DNA of 63,881 nucleotides, the filler included, from Pelomyxa schiedti (taxonomy: Eukaryota > Protista > Evosea): the NCBI GenBank assembly GCA_020536535.1. It is 9 parts of 9 records of this genome, joined end to end, with 100 filler letters (N's around TTAATTAATTAA, not from the genome) between each part and the next. Parts side by side here need not be neighbours in the genome. Positions count along the whole stretch, not along the records: positions 1 to 6,332 come from JAHLWZ010000738.1; positions 6,433 to 38,402 come from JAHLWZ010000995.1; 7 more parts are not named here. One strand, given 5' to 3'. Below are positions 1 through 11,505 of this stretch, one piece after another. Numbering within the stretch: the stretch's first letter is position 1; each line of letters starts with the position of its first letter. The translations under genes were made by a program, and so were the position numbers. The notes below the pieces were generated by a model. The model had not been told where the DNA came from, did no database searches, and worked only from the letters and a program-made list of their open reading frames with translations.

Positions 1-709
1 ATGCCTCCGCACTCTCCATGTACTCTCTTCTCAAAAACTGGGCTGCCAGTGACATCAATGAGAAGAAAGCTGTATTTTTGAGATGTCAAAATGTATGTAA
101 CACACATGCCCCAACCAAACAAAAAAGACCGTTCCATAAAATCAGCACTAAGGCATTTTTCTCCGGTACAGATTCTACAGAAAGTGGCAAGCAACAACAC
201 TCAACCCTCAAAATCTTGAAACCAATCACTAAGAATGCAAGACGTTGTTTACCAAAAAATTGTTTTTCTTCAAACTTTGTTCAAGATGAGGTTGTAGTGA
301 TCACAGTTGAACACTTTCACATTTTAAATCCATGGGGAAGTCATAAGAATATGGGAAATTTCTTGTGTTTTTTATGAGGATCCCCAGGCAATTCTCTCCT
401 CATAGTACCGGCTCCCTGGAATATCTCCCCTTTGTGAACAGGTGGCAGCACCAAGGCAGACAGGACAAAATGAAGGCCTGATAGTTTCCATATAAACACC
501 AAGTATTGCGTTGCATGCTCCAGTCAGCCGATTGTCACTTTTTTTTCCATAGAGAACGATTTCTGTTAGAGTACGGTCGTATTTCTTTTTGGAAAATACT
601 TCATTCTGAAGAGGTCTATGCACTTGTTGCAGAAGTAGTGATGGCACCCTATTTCAAAAGATGCCGCATTGCTGAGGCAAATAGTGCAGAGTGATTCCGG
701 AAACGTAAA
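1..709. repeat. Diverged duplicate of 3371-~4100 (convergent 3' ends of the FYVE-like gene and the GTPase-RING gene)
   Basis: Both copies begin atgcctccgcactctccatgtactc and stay alignable up to the N gap, with substitutions and indels (e.g. ccatggggaagt vs ccctgtgaacttctgggcccagcccacaaaaataaggggaagt). Confidence 0.9.
372..709 (-). pseudogene. Second copy of the RING-finger 3' end, apparently frameshifted
   Basis: Encodes FPESLCTICLSNAASFEIGCHHYFCNKC. The T homopolymer is 8 long here and 7 in the copy near 3932-3939, which shifts the last exon (RPSFCPVC) out of frame. It could be a homopolymer sequencing error. Confidence 0.4.
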
Positions 710-809
710 NNNNNNNNNNNNNNNNNNNNNNNNNNNNNNNNNNNNNNNNNNNNNNNNNNNNNNNNNNNNNNNNNNNNNNNNNNNNNNNNNNNNNNNNNNN
801 NNNNNNNNN
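710..809. other. 100-N scaffold gap
   Basis: Run of Ns with no linker. Confidence 0.98.
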
Positions 810-810
810 G

Positions 811-3575
811 AGTGGGTCGGTCCCGAGGCCACAACAACAACATCAGTCCCATAATTCACAGGTACAGCCTCCCCCTTTTACCCACGTGCCTCCACCGCCG
901 CCACCACAATATCATCAAAATCAGACCCAACAGGTACAACAACAACATCAAGCACAACAACAACAGCAACAACAACACCCACAGTTGCAGACACAGAGGC
1001 CTGTTATTTTACCTAATTTACAATCTCCACAACAACAGCCACAAATTGTAAAACCCATTTCAGCACCTGTATCTCTGCCTCAATTACCACAGAACTCAGC
1101 AGCAACCACACCACAGAAACCAAACATCCAGAGCAGCAGTTCATTGGGAGACATCAACCTCCAGCTTGGACTGTTGAAGTCCCAATTCGAATTTGTGCCA
1201 GTGGAGACTTTGAGTCAAATGTTGACCAAGATCGGCTCTTATGATGGCGTTTTGAAAACCCTCCAGTCAATGTACCCCCAACAAGTCGTCTCTCAACCAC
1301 TTCCTGTGAACAAACCCATTGGTGCAGGACCACCCATTGTTAGTGTCGTACCTCACCCAAACCCAGCTGAATTGCAGAGCAGTTTATCGGAGCAATGGAG
1401 AGCTCTCCGTGAATATGATGATAAACTCAAGGCATTTGCAGCAGAATTGGAGGCGACTCGAGCTGCACTGCAGCAGAGAGAAATGGCTTTGATTATGAAA
1501 GAAAAGGTGTTCCCCTGAATATAACTGCACTGGGTTTTTTTTTAGTGACACCTCCCTTCTGTTAAACAGCAACTGGAGGAATTTATGAAATCGAAGATCA
1601 CCAACATTCAGCAACCCCTGTCACAATTACCCACACCGCCAGGGGCATCACTCCAATCAAATAATAATGGCAACAAGCTTCCCCAACCAGTACCGTCTCC
1701 CTCCAAGCCAATGCAACCACCAATAGCAAACCAAGTGAATGCAGCAACACCCCGCTCCAATACTGCCCCTCCAGCCATTTTCCCCACTGGACTTCCTGAG
1801 TTCCCCTTCGATTTAGGGAAGCTTCCTGCTTTATTTAAGTATGCACTACTTGAGTTAACAAAAACACAAATTGAAATTTGTCTTAGTTTCGCTGGCATCA
1901 CTGGCATTTCCAAGCGATTCAGTTGTGGATATTCAATGTGCTCCAGGGTTGTTCTTGCCAAAGATGATCCCCTCAGTATGTGTGCCAGGTATAATTACCC
2001 CAGACCTTCTTTTCCTATGGTGATTCTCACCCAAGGTGCAAAAATTTCTTTTGCCCAGAACACGTTGGTGTTTTGACGATTACCATCCCCACCACATGTA
2101 TTAGAGGACAAATTGTGCAACCTTTTGCCACCTGTTTGCAGTGTTCTGAGGTGTCCAAGCAACTTCCAGGTAAAAAGTTGGAAGTGAAAAATCAACTCGT
2201 TTTACTCCAACACCATAGGTCAGGCAAGAGATATGAGCAAGAGATTTAAAGAAATAAGATCAGTGGGGCACCAAGCGAGAGAAGCCGAATGCAACCAGTG
2301 GATTGAAAAAGTAACACCCTCATTGTGCATGGTTAGTTGTTATTCTACTCCAGCATTTGCTAATTGAAGTCTTATTAGCTTTCAAACCTGCAAGAACCAA
2401 GCATACCTGGAAGCATTGGGAAACTGAATCCTTTTAAGAACGTTGTCTTTCGGAAAGATACAACCTCAGACTGTGGTCAGTGCAGGTAACCGAGTGTAGG
2501 TACCTCACCGTCTGATCACACATTCTCCAGGACACACTTTGACCTTCTTGATGTGAAGTACCCATGCGAATTGTGTGGATGTGTTTTGTGCATCAGGTGT
2601 GGAAGCACGCTATTTCCTCTGGATCCTCTATGGATAGCTTCTGCATTTATTTCTGAACGAGGTTTGATAAATTCAATGTTTTAAACCCTTTGGGCGCTTA
2701 TCCATGCACAGAGGGAGTTGGAGTATTAAGGGTTACTCTCTGCCAAGAATGTGCATATCGGGTTAAATACTACGAGCACAAAAGAGAAGTAGAACGGTGG
2801 AGCACAGAAGCCCCAAAGCTGCCGATTCTTGGCAAATACGCGTAACGTTTTCATTCGATTTTCATTGAAATCTCACAATCAGCGCCTGAACAGAGAATTT
2901 GTGCATATGAAGCAAAGTATTGAATCTGAACTGTGCATTTTAGTTGAGATGTGTCAGAGACTGGACGCATCTCCTGTAAATGTGGACGATGAGCAGCTCA
3001 AAGTATGACAACCAACACATGTTGTAAAATTAACGTGCTCATCGTTTTTCAGGCAATTGTGAACCTGCAAACCAGTCTGAAAGAATCCTTTGTAAAATAC
3101 TACACAATGTTCAGCTGGATATCCGCACAACACAAAGAAGCTGCCGGAAATGCCTCCGCACTCTCCATGTACTCTCTTCTCAAAAACTGGGCTGCCAGTG
3201 ACATCAATGAGAAGAAAGCTGTATTTTTGAGATGTCAAAATGTATGTAACACACATGCCCCAACCAAACANNNNNNNNNNNNNNNNNNNNNNNNNNNNNN
3301 NNNNNNNNNNNNNNNNNNNNNNNNNNNNNNNNNNNNNNNNNNNNNNNNNNNNNNNNNNNNNNNNNNNNNNATGCCTCCGCACTCTCCATGTACTCTCTTC
3401 TCAAAAACTGGGCTGCCAGTGACATCAATGAGAAGAAAGCTGTATTTTTGAGATGTCAAAATGTATGTAACACACATGCCCCAACCAAACATAAAAGACT
3501 GAGCACTAAGGCATTTTTCTGGTACAGATTCTACAGAAAGTGGCAAGCAACAACACTCAACCCTCAAAATCTTGA
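811..3575 (+). CDS. 5'-partial multi-exon protein: Pro/Gln-rich, CUE-like helical segment, coiled coil, degenerate FYVE-type zinc finger
   Basis: Spliced GT-AG exons give LQLGLLKSQFEFVPVETLSQML (CUE-like), then a coiled coil, then CGQCRTHFDLLDVKYPCELCGCVLCIRC...VLRVTLCQEC (8 Cys in FYVE spacing). The last exon reads ILQKVASNNTQPSKS*. Confidence 0.6.
3271..3370. other. 100-N scaffold gap flanked by a duplicated ~120 bp (3151-3270 repeats at 3371-3490)
   Basis: Nearly identical sequence on both sides of the gap, typical of an unresolved overlap. Confidence 0.9.
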
Positions 3576-3765
3576 AACCAATCACTAACTAAAGAATGCA
3601 AGACGTTATTTACCCCAAAAAATTGTTTTTCTTCAATCTTTGTCCCCAGATGAGGTTGTGGTGACCAAGTTGAACACTTCCACATTTTAAATCCCTGTGA
3701 ACTTCTGGGCCCAGCCCACAAAAATAAGGGGAAGTCATAAGAATACGGGAAATTTCTTGTGTTTT

Positions 3766-6245
3766 TTATGAGGATCCCCAGGCAATTCTCTCCTCATAGT
3801 ACCGGCTCCCTGGAATATCTCCCCTTTGTGAACAGGTGGCGGCACCAAGGCAGACAGGACAAAATGAAGGCCTGATAGTTTCCATATAAACACCAAGTAT
3901 TGCGTTGCATGCTCCAGTGAGCCGATTGTCACTTTTTTTGCAGAGAGAACGATTGCTGTTAGAGTACGGTCTTACTTCTTGTTGGAAAATACTTCATTCT
4001 GAAGAGGTCTATGCACTTGTTGCAGAAGTAGTGATGGCACCCTATTTCAAAAGATGCCGCATTGCTGAGGCAAATAGTGCAGAGTGATTCCGGAAACGTA
4101 AATCCTATAAAAGTTCCCTCAGTATGACAGCTTCCTTGAATTATCTCCACAGCTGCTAACACGAGTTGAGACTCCTGTATTTCTGGCTGGAAGGAAGTGT
4201 TAGTGTATAAAAGACTCTCATTTGGACATAACCTTGTCAAGCTTTTTATACACTGAAAAGAATTCTCTACAAAGTTTATCATTATCGATCGGAATGGGCA
4301 TATAGGCTCCGTTCCAGTGTATTGGCTTTGGATCACATACAAGCCTCTTTATCCACCGGAATAAACCTGAGAACAATAGTTAGTGAGGTTCGTTTTTTCT
4401 TTTTTTGGGACTTGCCTTGGTGCCCTTGTACAGAGAAGGAAATATGCATATCGCCATGGATTCTTTTTATCACCTCACTGCACTTTTAGTTTATTCCTAT
4501 TTCTTGCGGTCTATAAATTACCATTGAAGGGGTTGGCGCTCATAAGTGGTGATACATCGGCACGGTTTGTTCCACTCCATTTCTGTAATAAACTTGTCAA
4601 GAACTTTGACTTTGATTGCCTTCAGGCGTTCCTCAGCAACCTTATGTAAAGTTATAACTGAACAATGAATCCATAATGTTTGTTTACCACGGGAGACCAG
4701 AGGTTTCTCTTGAAATCTTCATTAAAGGCAGCCTTGCTGAAAGTTTCCCACGCAGTCCAGCAGGCAAGCATCCTAATGGAAGCCAGGAATCGCTCAGTAA
4801 AATCTCTCAAATGAAGCTGGTTGTAAAACGCAAGACTGGATACATTTGAGACTTGCTTTCAAGTGAGTGCTTCAACATACGCTTTTTGAACAGGCTCAGG
4901 AGAATCGAAATTTAATATCTCTTGCATAATGGCAGCTATCCACAATCCTTTGGAGGAGGAGAATCTGTTCACTACCATCGAAAACAATGTGGACCATGTG
5001 CTGAGACTATAGTCCAGCCCTCTCTCTATTCTCAAACGTTTCTGATGGGAAAGCATTTCTTTGATAACTTCCTGAAGAAAAGTTATTGTTTTGTAATACA
5101 GGGAAGAAATCCAAGCCTTGAGTTTGGTGATTTGCGAATCAAAGAACTCTGCAGACTCGTTCCAGTCAGGAATCCGAACGCATTTCACCATGCCATATGC
5201 CTGTGTGAGTTATTGAGTTGTCTCATATATCAAGTCCGAACCTTTAACAAATCACCATCAGGATCAGTGTCTCGGAAAAAGGCAGCGGTCAATGCCTCGA
5301 AATTAGAAGCTCGACACTTTTGAACTGGGGCCCTATTTTGTACAAGAATGCAGCAAGGCTTTATGGCATCGTGAACGTCCTTAGTGGCCGCGACACAAGC
5401 AGCTTGTTGCACCTTTGATGAGCTTGTTAGATACCGGTCTGACATTTTCCAAAATTACCTCTTCAACGTATGTGTCATAGTTGGAAAAATCGTTTGGACT
5501 TATGAATATAACTACATCACAACAGCAATAAGCCAGCCGGGGCATATGTTCCTTGATAGAGGCTCTTCTCATCACATAATATTGTCTTGTTAGCCCCTGT
5601 TAAACCAAAAACACAAAAGTGTTAACACTTGTCTATCCCCACTTAACCAAACAAAACAAAACAAAACACAACCAAACCACCAAACAACCAAACCTCAGAA
5701 GCCAGGGTCTCGTCCTTTGGCATTTTGTTTCCACCCGAGCAGCCCTCCACGTCCAAATATCTTATCCCAGACTCGGCATCATCGTAGAAGCTCGTGTTAG
5801 CCGACGTCGGGCAGAAGTCGTCCACCAAGTCGTCCGCCACCCTCGGCAGCCCCCCCCCTCCGCTCCCGCCCTCCTCCTCCTCCTCAGCAGCGGCGCCTCC
5901 TCCGCCTCCGCCTCCCCCTCGGCCCCGGCGGTGCGGGGGGTGGCCGAGCAGGGAGCGCACGAGGGCGCTCTTGCCGCAGTGGGTGGAGCCGTAGAGGGCG
6001 ACGGCGGCCGAGGTGCCCGCGGTGGGCGACGCCTCGCGCATGTCGGCCAGGCCCTGCATGTTGCCCACGAGCTTGAGGACCATCTTGCCCTCGTTGATGA
6101 AGCTCTCCACCGTCTCGTTGGGCGAGAAGCTCGTCAGCGTGTGCGTCATGCCATCTGCTGCCGTGACGGTCGCCGATGCCGACGAATTGCTCGTACTCGT
6201 GCTAGACGTTGACACTGTTGCGCTGGGTGCTCCGCGCCCTTTCAT
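3766..6245 (-). CDS. P-loop GTPase (GBP/atlastin-like motifs) with a C-terminal RING finger; multi-exon
   Basis: ATG at 6245 (MKGRGAPS). G1 is VALYGSTHCGKSALVRSLL and G3 is RYLDVEG, followed by LAYCCCDVVIFI and KPCCILVQNR. The C-terminus has CTICLSNAASFEIGCHHYFCNKC...PSFCPVC, ending WGSS*. Confidence 0.7.
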
Positions 6246-6332
6246 TTCGCGCAGGAAAAAGTTGGTCCGGAACAGGTTGGCAGACCAACTTACATTTTTA
6301 AAAAAATAAAGCAAATGCCAATACACACAACT

Positions 6333-6432
6333 NNNNNNNNNNNNNNNNNNNNNNNNNNNNNNNNNNNNNNNNNNNNTTAATTAATTAANNNNNNNNNNNN
6401 NNNNNNNNNNNNNNNNNNNNNNNNNNNNNNNN
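6333..6432. other. Artificial contig linker (N-TTAATTAATTAA-N)
   Basis: Six-frame stop motif at 6377-6388 centred in Ns. The same cassette occurs 8 times in the window. Confidence 0.98.
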
Positions 6433-8704
6433 CAAAGGAGTTCTGCAACCTCGTTCGATCATTGTTGCAGTGCGATCCTGAAAAAAGGATGCCTCTGCTG
6501 GAAGCTTCAGAGGTGCTCTCAAACATTGATCCTCCATGCCCTTACGATCTCCTCTCGTTTTACGATTTCATCGTTCCTCCGCTGACATGTGATGCAGGTT
6601 TGAGCAAAATTTAACAATGATAAAAAATGAATGCCAAGCTTTTTTCCCCAAAGACCAAACACCCACAAACAAACGACAGGAACCCTAACAACAAAGGCAA
6701 CGTGCCAGATTCTTTGTGGTTATTCTGCAAAAGACTGTTCTGAGACACTCAATAAAGCTCTTGAATCGGAACCCTTGTTCTCACCTGCTTTGTTGCTTTT
6801 GCTTTATATCAAATTTTGCTCTGCTGAGCAGAAGTGGGATTTCCAATTTAAACAACAAGTTCACCGAGCCTTCACAGGAAAGACAGCCACATTCACATCC
6901 ACAGATGTTGAATTCACAAGAGCCATCATCAACAAGAAACACAGAACAACACTCCCTGAATTGGTTTTGACAGCACTCTGGACAAGGCACATTTCTCAGC
7001 AGGCTGAAGATTTCAACAACGTCACTCAGTTGATTTTGGAAAAGATACCAACAGGCACACTTCATATGTGGCACCAGCAACATGCCCCGTTCTCATTCTC
7101 AGCAACCACTCGCCGGTTTTTGAGGACTATGATTCACACACGAAACGAGATAATGATGGAAGCACTTTTTCAGTTGGATTTGGGAAACATTGACTGTGCC
7201 CTTGACCTAGTTGCTGATGCTACCTTTCTGTTTGATTGTGAACTGAAGCTGAATCGTGCGTGATTGTTTCTCCTTTATTTCTTTTCCATTCACTTAAAAA
7301 GAAGGAACCAAAGCACAAGTGCGACAGTCACATCAGTATAAGTACGTGCCTGGATTGTTATTCCTTTATTGCCTTCGTTGTATCATCAATGACCACGTCT
7401 CACTTCACGAGCACATACCACCAAGCCTTCAAAAGACTTTCTCTTGTTCACTTAGTGGTGAGGAGGAAATGGGAGCATATAAATCAGAGTGGACTGACCT
7501 TGTCACAACAGTAGAAACAAAAGGTCAGGTTGATCAACAGACAACAACACCCACAGCAACAGAAGAGAGCCACTTACGATTGCCGGCCTGCATGTATTAT
7601 GTTGCCATGTGGAGGATGGTTTTCTCAGAGGGCAATCAAAGGGCAAATAACAGTGCCGCGCACATTTGGGAGAAAATGAGCTCCGGGATTTCTATGACAT
7701 TTGATACCCATCATCCTATTTCCTCCGCTGCCTTGCAGACACACTGGGGTGCTTCTGCTCTGTCACGTTTGGGTGTCTGCTTTCACCTTGGAATTGGAGG
7801 TGTTGGCAAGGACATGGGTAAAGCTGTGTCAATTTACCAGAAGGCTGCTGATGCCGGTGATTCCACTGCAATACACGACCTTGCAATGTGTTATGTTACT
7901 GGAAATGGCGTTGAAAGGGATCCGAGGAAAGCAGTGACACTGCTCCAGCGGGCTGCTGATTATGGCAACATTGCAGCCATGTCCAACCTTGGTGTTTGTT
8001 TCAACAGAGGCATTGGTGTGGACATTGACATGCGCAGGGCCGTGTCACTGTGGCGGAGGGCTGCTTATGCTGGTGAATCCAGGGCAATGTGCAACCTTGG
8101 TGTGTCTTTCCAGAATGGCACAGGTGTTAGCAAGGACATTTCGAAGGGACTGAGGCTGTTCCTGATGGCCGCCGGTTGTGACAATGGCCAGGCAATGTTC
8201 CGCCTTGGTTGGTGCATCCAGAATGGCATTGGTGTTGAAAAGGACATGCATTCGGCTGTGTCATATTATAAGAGAGCCGCTGAATACGGTGATGCCCAGG
8301 CATTGTGCTACCTTGGCGAACTTTACCAGAACGGCACCGGTGTCGGCCGAGACATTCACAAGGCAGCCGAACTGTTCGAGAAGTCCGTGCTTATCGGCGG
8401 CCCCGCTTCCAGTAATTCGAATGCAGCGTGCAACCTTGCAAGGTGCTACGAACAAGGAAGCGGCGTGGACAAGGACATTCACAAGGCAGTTGAACTTTAC
8501 AAGAGGGCTGCCGACGCCGGCTATGCCGTGGCCCTGTACCGCCTTGGCGTGTGCTTCTGGAATGGCAAGGGTGTCAGCAAGGACATTCGGAATGCAGTCT
8601 CATTGTATCGCTTGGCCGCTCACCTCGGCAACGACTCTGCCGTTGTTCTTCTCACAGAGCTGCTGGACAGCCAAGTACCAAGAACAAGGTTTTTCTTTTT
8701 CTAA
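6433..8704 (+). CDS. 5'-truncated kinase + helical linker + 8 Sel1-like repeats (paralog of 13600-17959)
   Basis: Kinase C-lobe end EFCNLVRSLLQCDPEKRMPLLEA, nearly identical to 15020-15120. The linker KATCQILCGYSAKDC is shared, followed by 36-aa repeats such as AMCNLGVSFQNGTGVSKD. Confidence 0.85.
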
Positions 8705-8980
8705 AAATATTAAAGAAATTTCTTTTTCCGTAAATATTTTATTCTCTGCTGTTGGAGGGTGGGTTGAGGGGAGTGGGAAAGGAAAAGTTCCATGCATATT
8801 CAGCAATTAGCTGTATCACTTCGACGGGAAACCTGTGGAGGACACAGCTGCGTTTTGTCCATCCAACACCCTGTTTTTAAGTGAGGGGGATGTTTTATTA
8901 TGACAGATTCACACACCAAAAGGATCACACATTTATCTCGCAAGAAGTGTGCTGGGAATGAGGTTGGCAGAGATGGTATG

Positions 8981-11215
8981 TTAGACTATTATTGAATGTT
9001 TCACGGACATACTGGTGTTCACTGCCTGTGCAGTTGGTGATAACCCCTTGGTGGCTGAAACAGCGGCTTGCCAGCGCTCAGTTACAGTGTCAAATTCTGG
9101 CGGAACTAATGCGATTTTGTGGAACCCACAACCCATTGTATTCAGCTTGACTCCTTGCAATGTGAGTGTGTAGTCCTGGTTCACGTCAAAGTCGTCACCA
9201 AAAACAAGCAGAAATCTGGCAGTGGAGGGGGAACGGCTCACAAACTGGAAGTGATAGATTTTGTGTTCTGAAGTTGCAACAGGTTGTTACGAAACGGGTT
9301 ATAAGGAAGTTGAAAAATAATAATACCGGGGTGTCTTTGGCACTTTGAGAAATTCTTAATTACTTGATCAGCATCACCTGTGAGTGTGGTAAGTTGTTTG
9401 GTGGAAGGGTCAGAAGTACTGACAGTAAAAGAGGCCAATGTTCAAAATAGTCTTGTTCACTTCCACGGACCTTATAATGGTTTCAACTCCAACAATTCCA
9501 ATCGGGTTCACTATTGTTGGTTGGTTTGGGAGAAAAAGTAATCGAACAAACTTGAAAGACTGAGATACAAGAGAGAATGGTTGTGAGCAAGTGCGTGTGA
9601 TATGCTTAAACCGCCTGTTTCTCCAATGGAATTTCCTGTGCTGATTGTAAGGGCAAATGGATATAATATTTAAAAATGAACCACGGAGATTCAGGTGCAC
9701 AAGAGTTGAATTCAGCAACAGAGCCTCAGACAGTGCTGAGGACCCTTCGTTTCCCATTGTGTTATCTGAAGAAAAGGAAGTGGTTCATTTGAGAAGGGTC
9801 AAAGAGAAGTGAACACCTGCAAGATCAAGGTGCAACAGAGTATTGTTCTTTATCAGTGAACGAGCGACTATAGCACAACCAGAGTCACCCAGTGCGGTTC
9901 CTTGGTTTCGTCATCAATAAATTGAATAGAACAGGAAAGCAAGCATACGGTGAATGTTGAGATACAACAGTGACTTGTTTTCAGAAAGACAGCTTCCAAC
10001 GTCTGCTGCAGAGTTCCCGATATTGTTTCCTGGTTTACGGACCCAATAAGGATTTTCAGTGTGTATACCAAGGGGAAGTTCTAGTCTTACCGCCAATATC
10101 GAGATATAATATAGAGTGGTTTTCACACCGCAGGGCATTGAAAATATGTGAGCAATCATCGGATCCGAACTCGCAATCTGTATTGATATAGTGAAGTCAG
10201 ATTAAGGGGGAAAAAGTAAGTATCGGACACATGCCAGAAATCTCAAGATCTTGCAAGTATGTGTTTCTTTTCACAAGTTCAACGATGTGAACTGCTCCTT
10301 GTGATCCAATCTCATTGCCTGGTGGTTGTTTGGACGATTGGCAGACCAATATAATTCTCCACTATTATTGAGAAATGGAGAAGGGGAAAAGTACATGAGA
10401 GATTTAACACAAGGAGAGAGCAGTTCTCGGACAGAGTTTCACAAATCACTTGGGTCTCGGGTGCCCCAATGCTGGAGTCTTGAAAGAACGGAATGGTATT
10501 AGGGCACACTCACTTTGGATATTTGGTTGGCAACTTGGGAGCTCCAGAGAGATGATATTTGTTCGACACAAGAGTGGCCAGGTTGACAACCTCAGGTTAT
10601 TTCGAGATTTGATTCGGAGGAGAGAGGAATTGCAATGAAGATTGAAGGCCGCCATGAGAACAACCAAATCCTCGTCTGTCATTCCACGATCTGTATGGAA
10701 GGTCACCCAACATGAACGAAGAGAGTCACAACAGTCTATCACCACAAAGTTAAACTTTAACACACACCCAGTTCAAGGCCCAGCAAGCATTTGATTTCTG
10801 CCAGACGGTCTGCAATGCATGAAATGGAAGTTGCGCAGCCAGGGTTCCCTTCCCAGTATTGGGTGATGAAGTCAGCAGGGCTTCTCCCATCTGACACCAA
10901 AACAAAAAAACATACGACAGAGGTTCAGATAAAACGGGAGAGCCTTCGAATACTGTAAGACAGCCAAACATAAGTTTTCAGCATAGGTCTCAGAAAATCC
11001 CTCATCTTCCACATCACATTAGAATGTTCTTTAACGGAGAAAGGGAGGGAGGGGGAAAAAAAAAAGAAAAAGGAAAACATACCCAACATGACGTCACAGC
11101 TTCTAGGCACTGTACTCACGAGTGACCATCCCTCACCACACACACGTCCATAAATCCCATAATCACCGTTTTCGCCTGACCCACCACAGTCACCACCTTC
11201 GTTCGCTGAGGCCAT
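8981..11215 (-). CDS. RNI/NLRC3-type leucine-rich repeat protein; multi-exon
   Basis: Starts MASANEGGD. LRR exons include NTMGNEGSSALSEALLLNSTLVHLNL (9765-9682, 84 nt), NSIGETGGLSISHALAHNHSLLYLSL, NNIGNSAADVGSCLSENKSLLYLNI and SSIGAPETQVICETLSENCSLLVLNL. Confidence 0.7.
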
Positions 11216-11505
11216 TGTTTTTGCCCTTTGCTCGGCGCGAAAAGTGTCGTTTGGGGAACGAAGGGGTTGTATTATTATACTGTGAGATTTGGGGCAGGGT
11301 GCAGTGATGGTATTAATCCGTGCTTTCCTGACTGGAATTACGTGGCATTTGCCGTGCAAGGCATTCCCCGTTCCACGCAATTACAGTAATGGAAGAATTG
11401 ATGATAGAATAATCCGATTATTTCTATCATCAATTCTGGCACGCAAAACTGAGGGGTGTGAATGCTGGATTATGGTGTGAGGAACTTCTGTTCCGAAGTT
11501 GAGAA

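Noticed and set aside
6377-6388. Recurring TTAATTAATTAA palindrome as a biological motif
   Set aside because: It is always centred in N runs and gives stops in all six frames, so it is a contig-concatenation linker.
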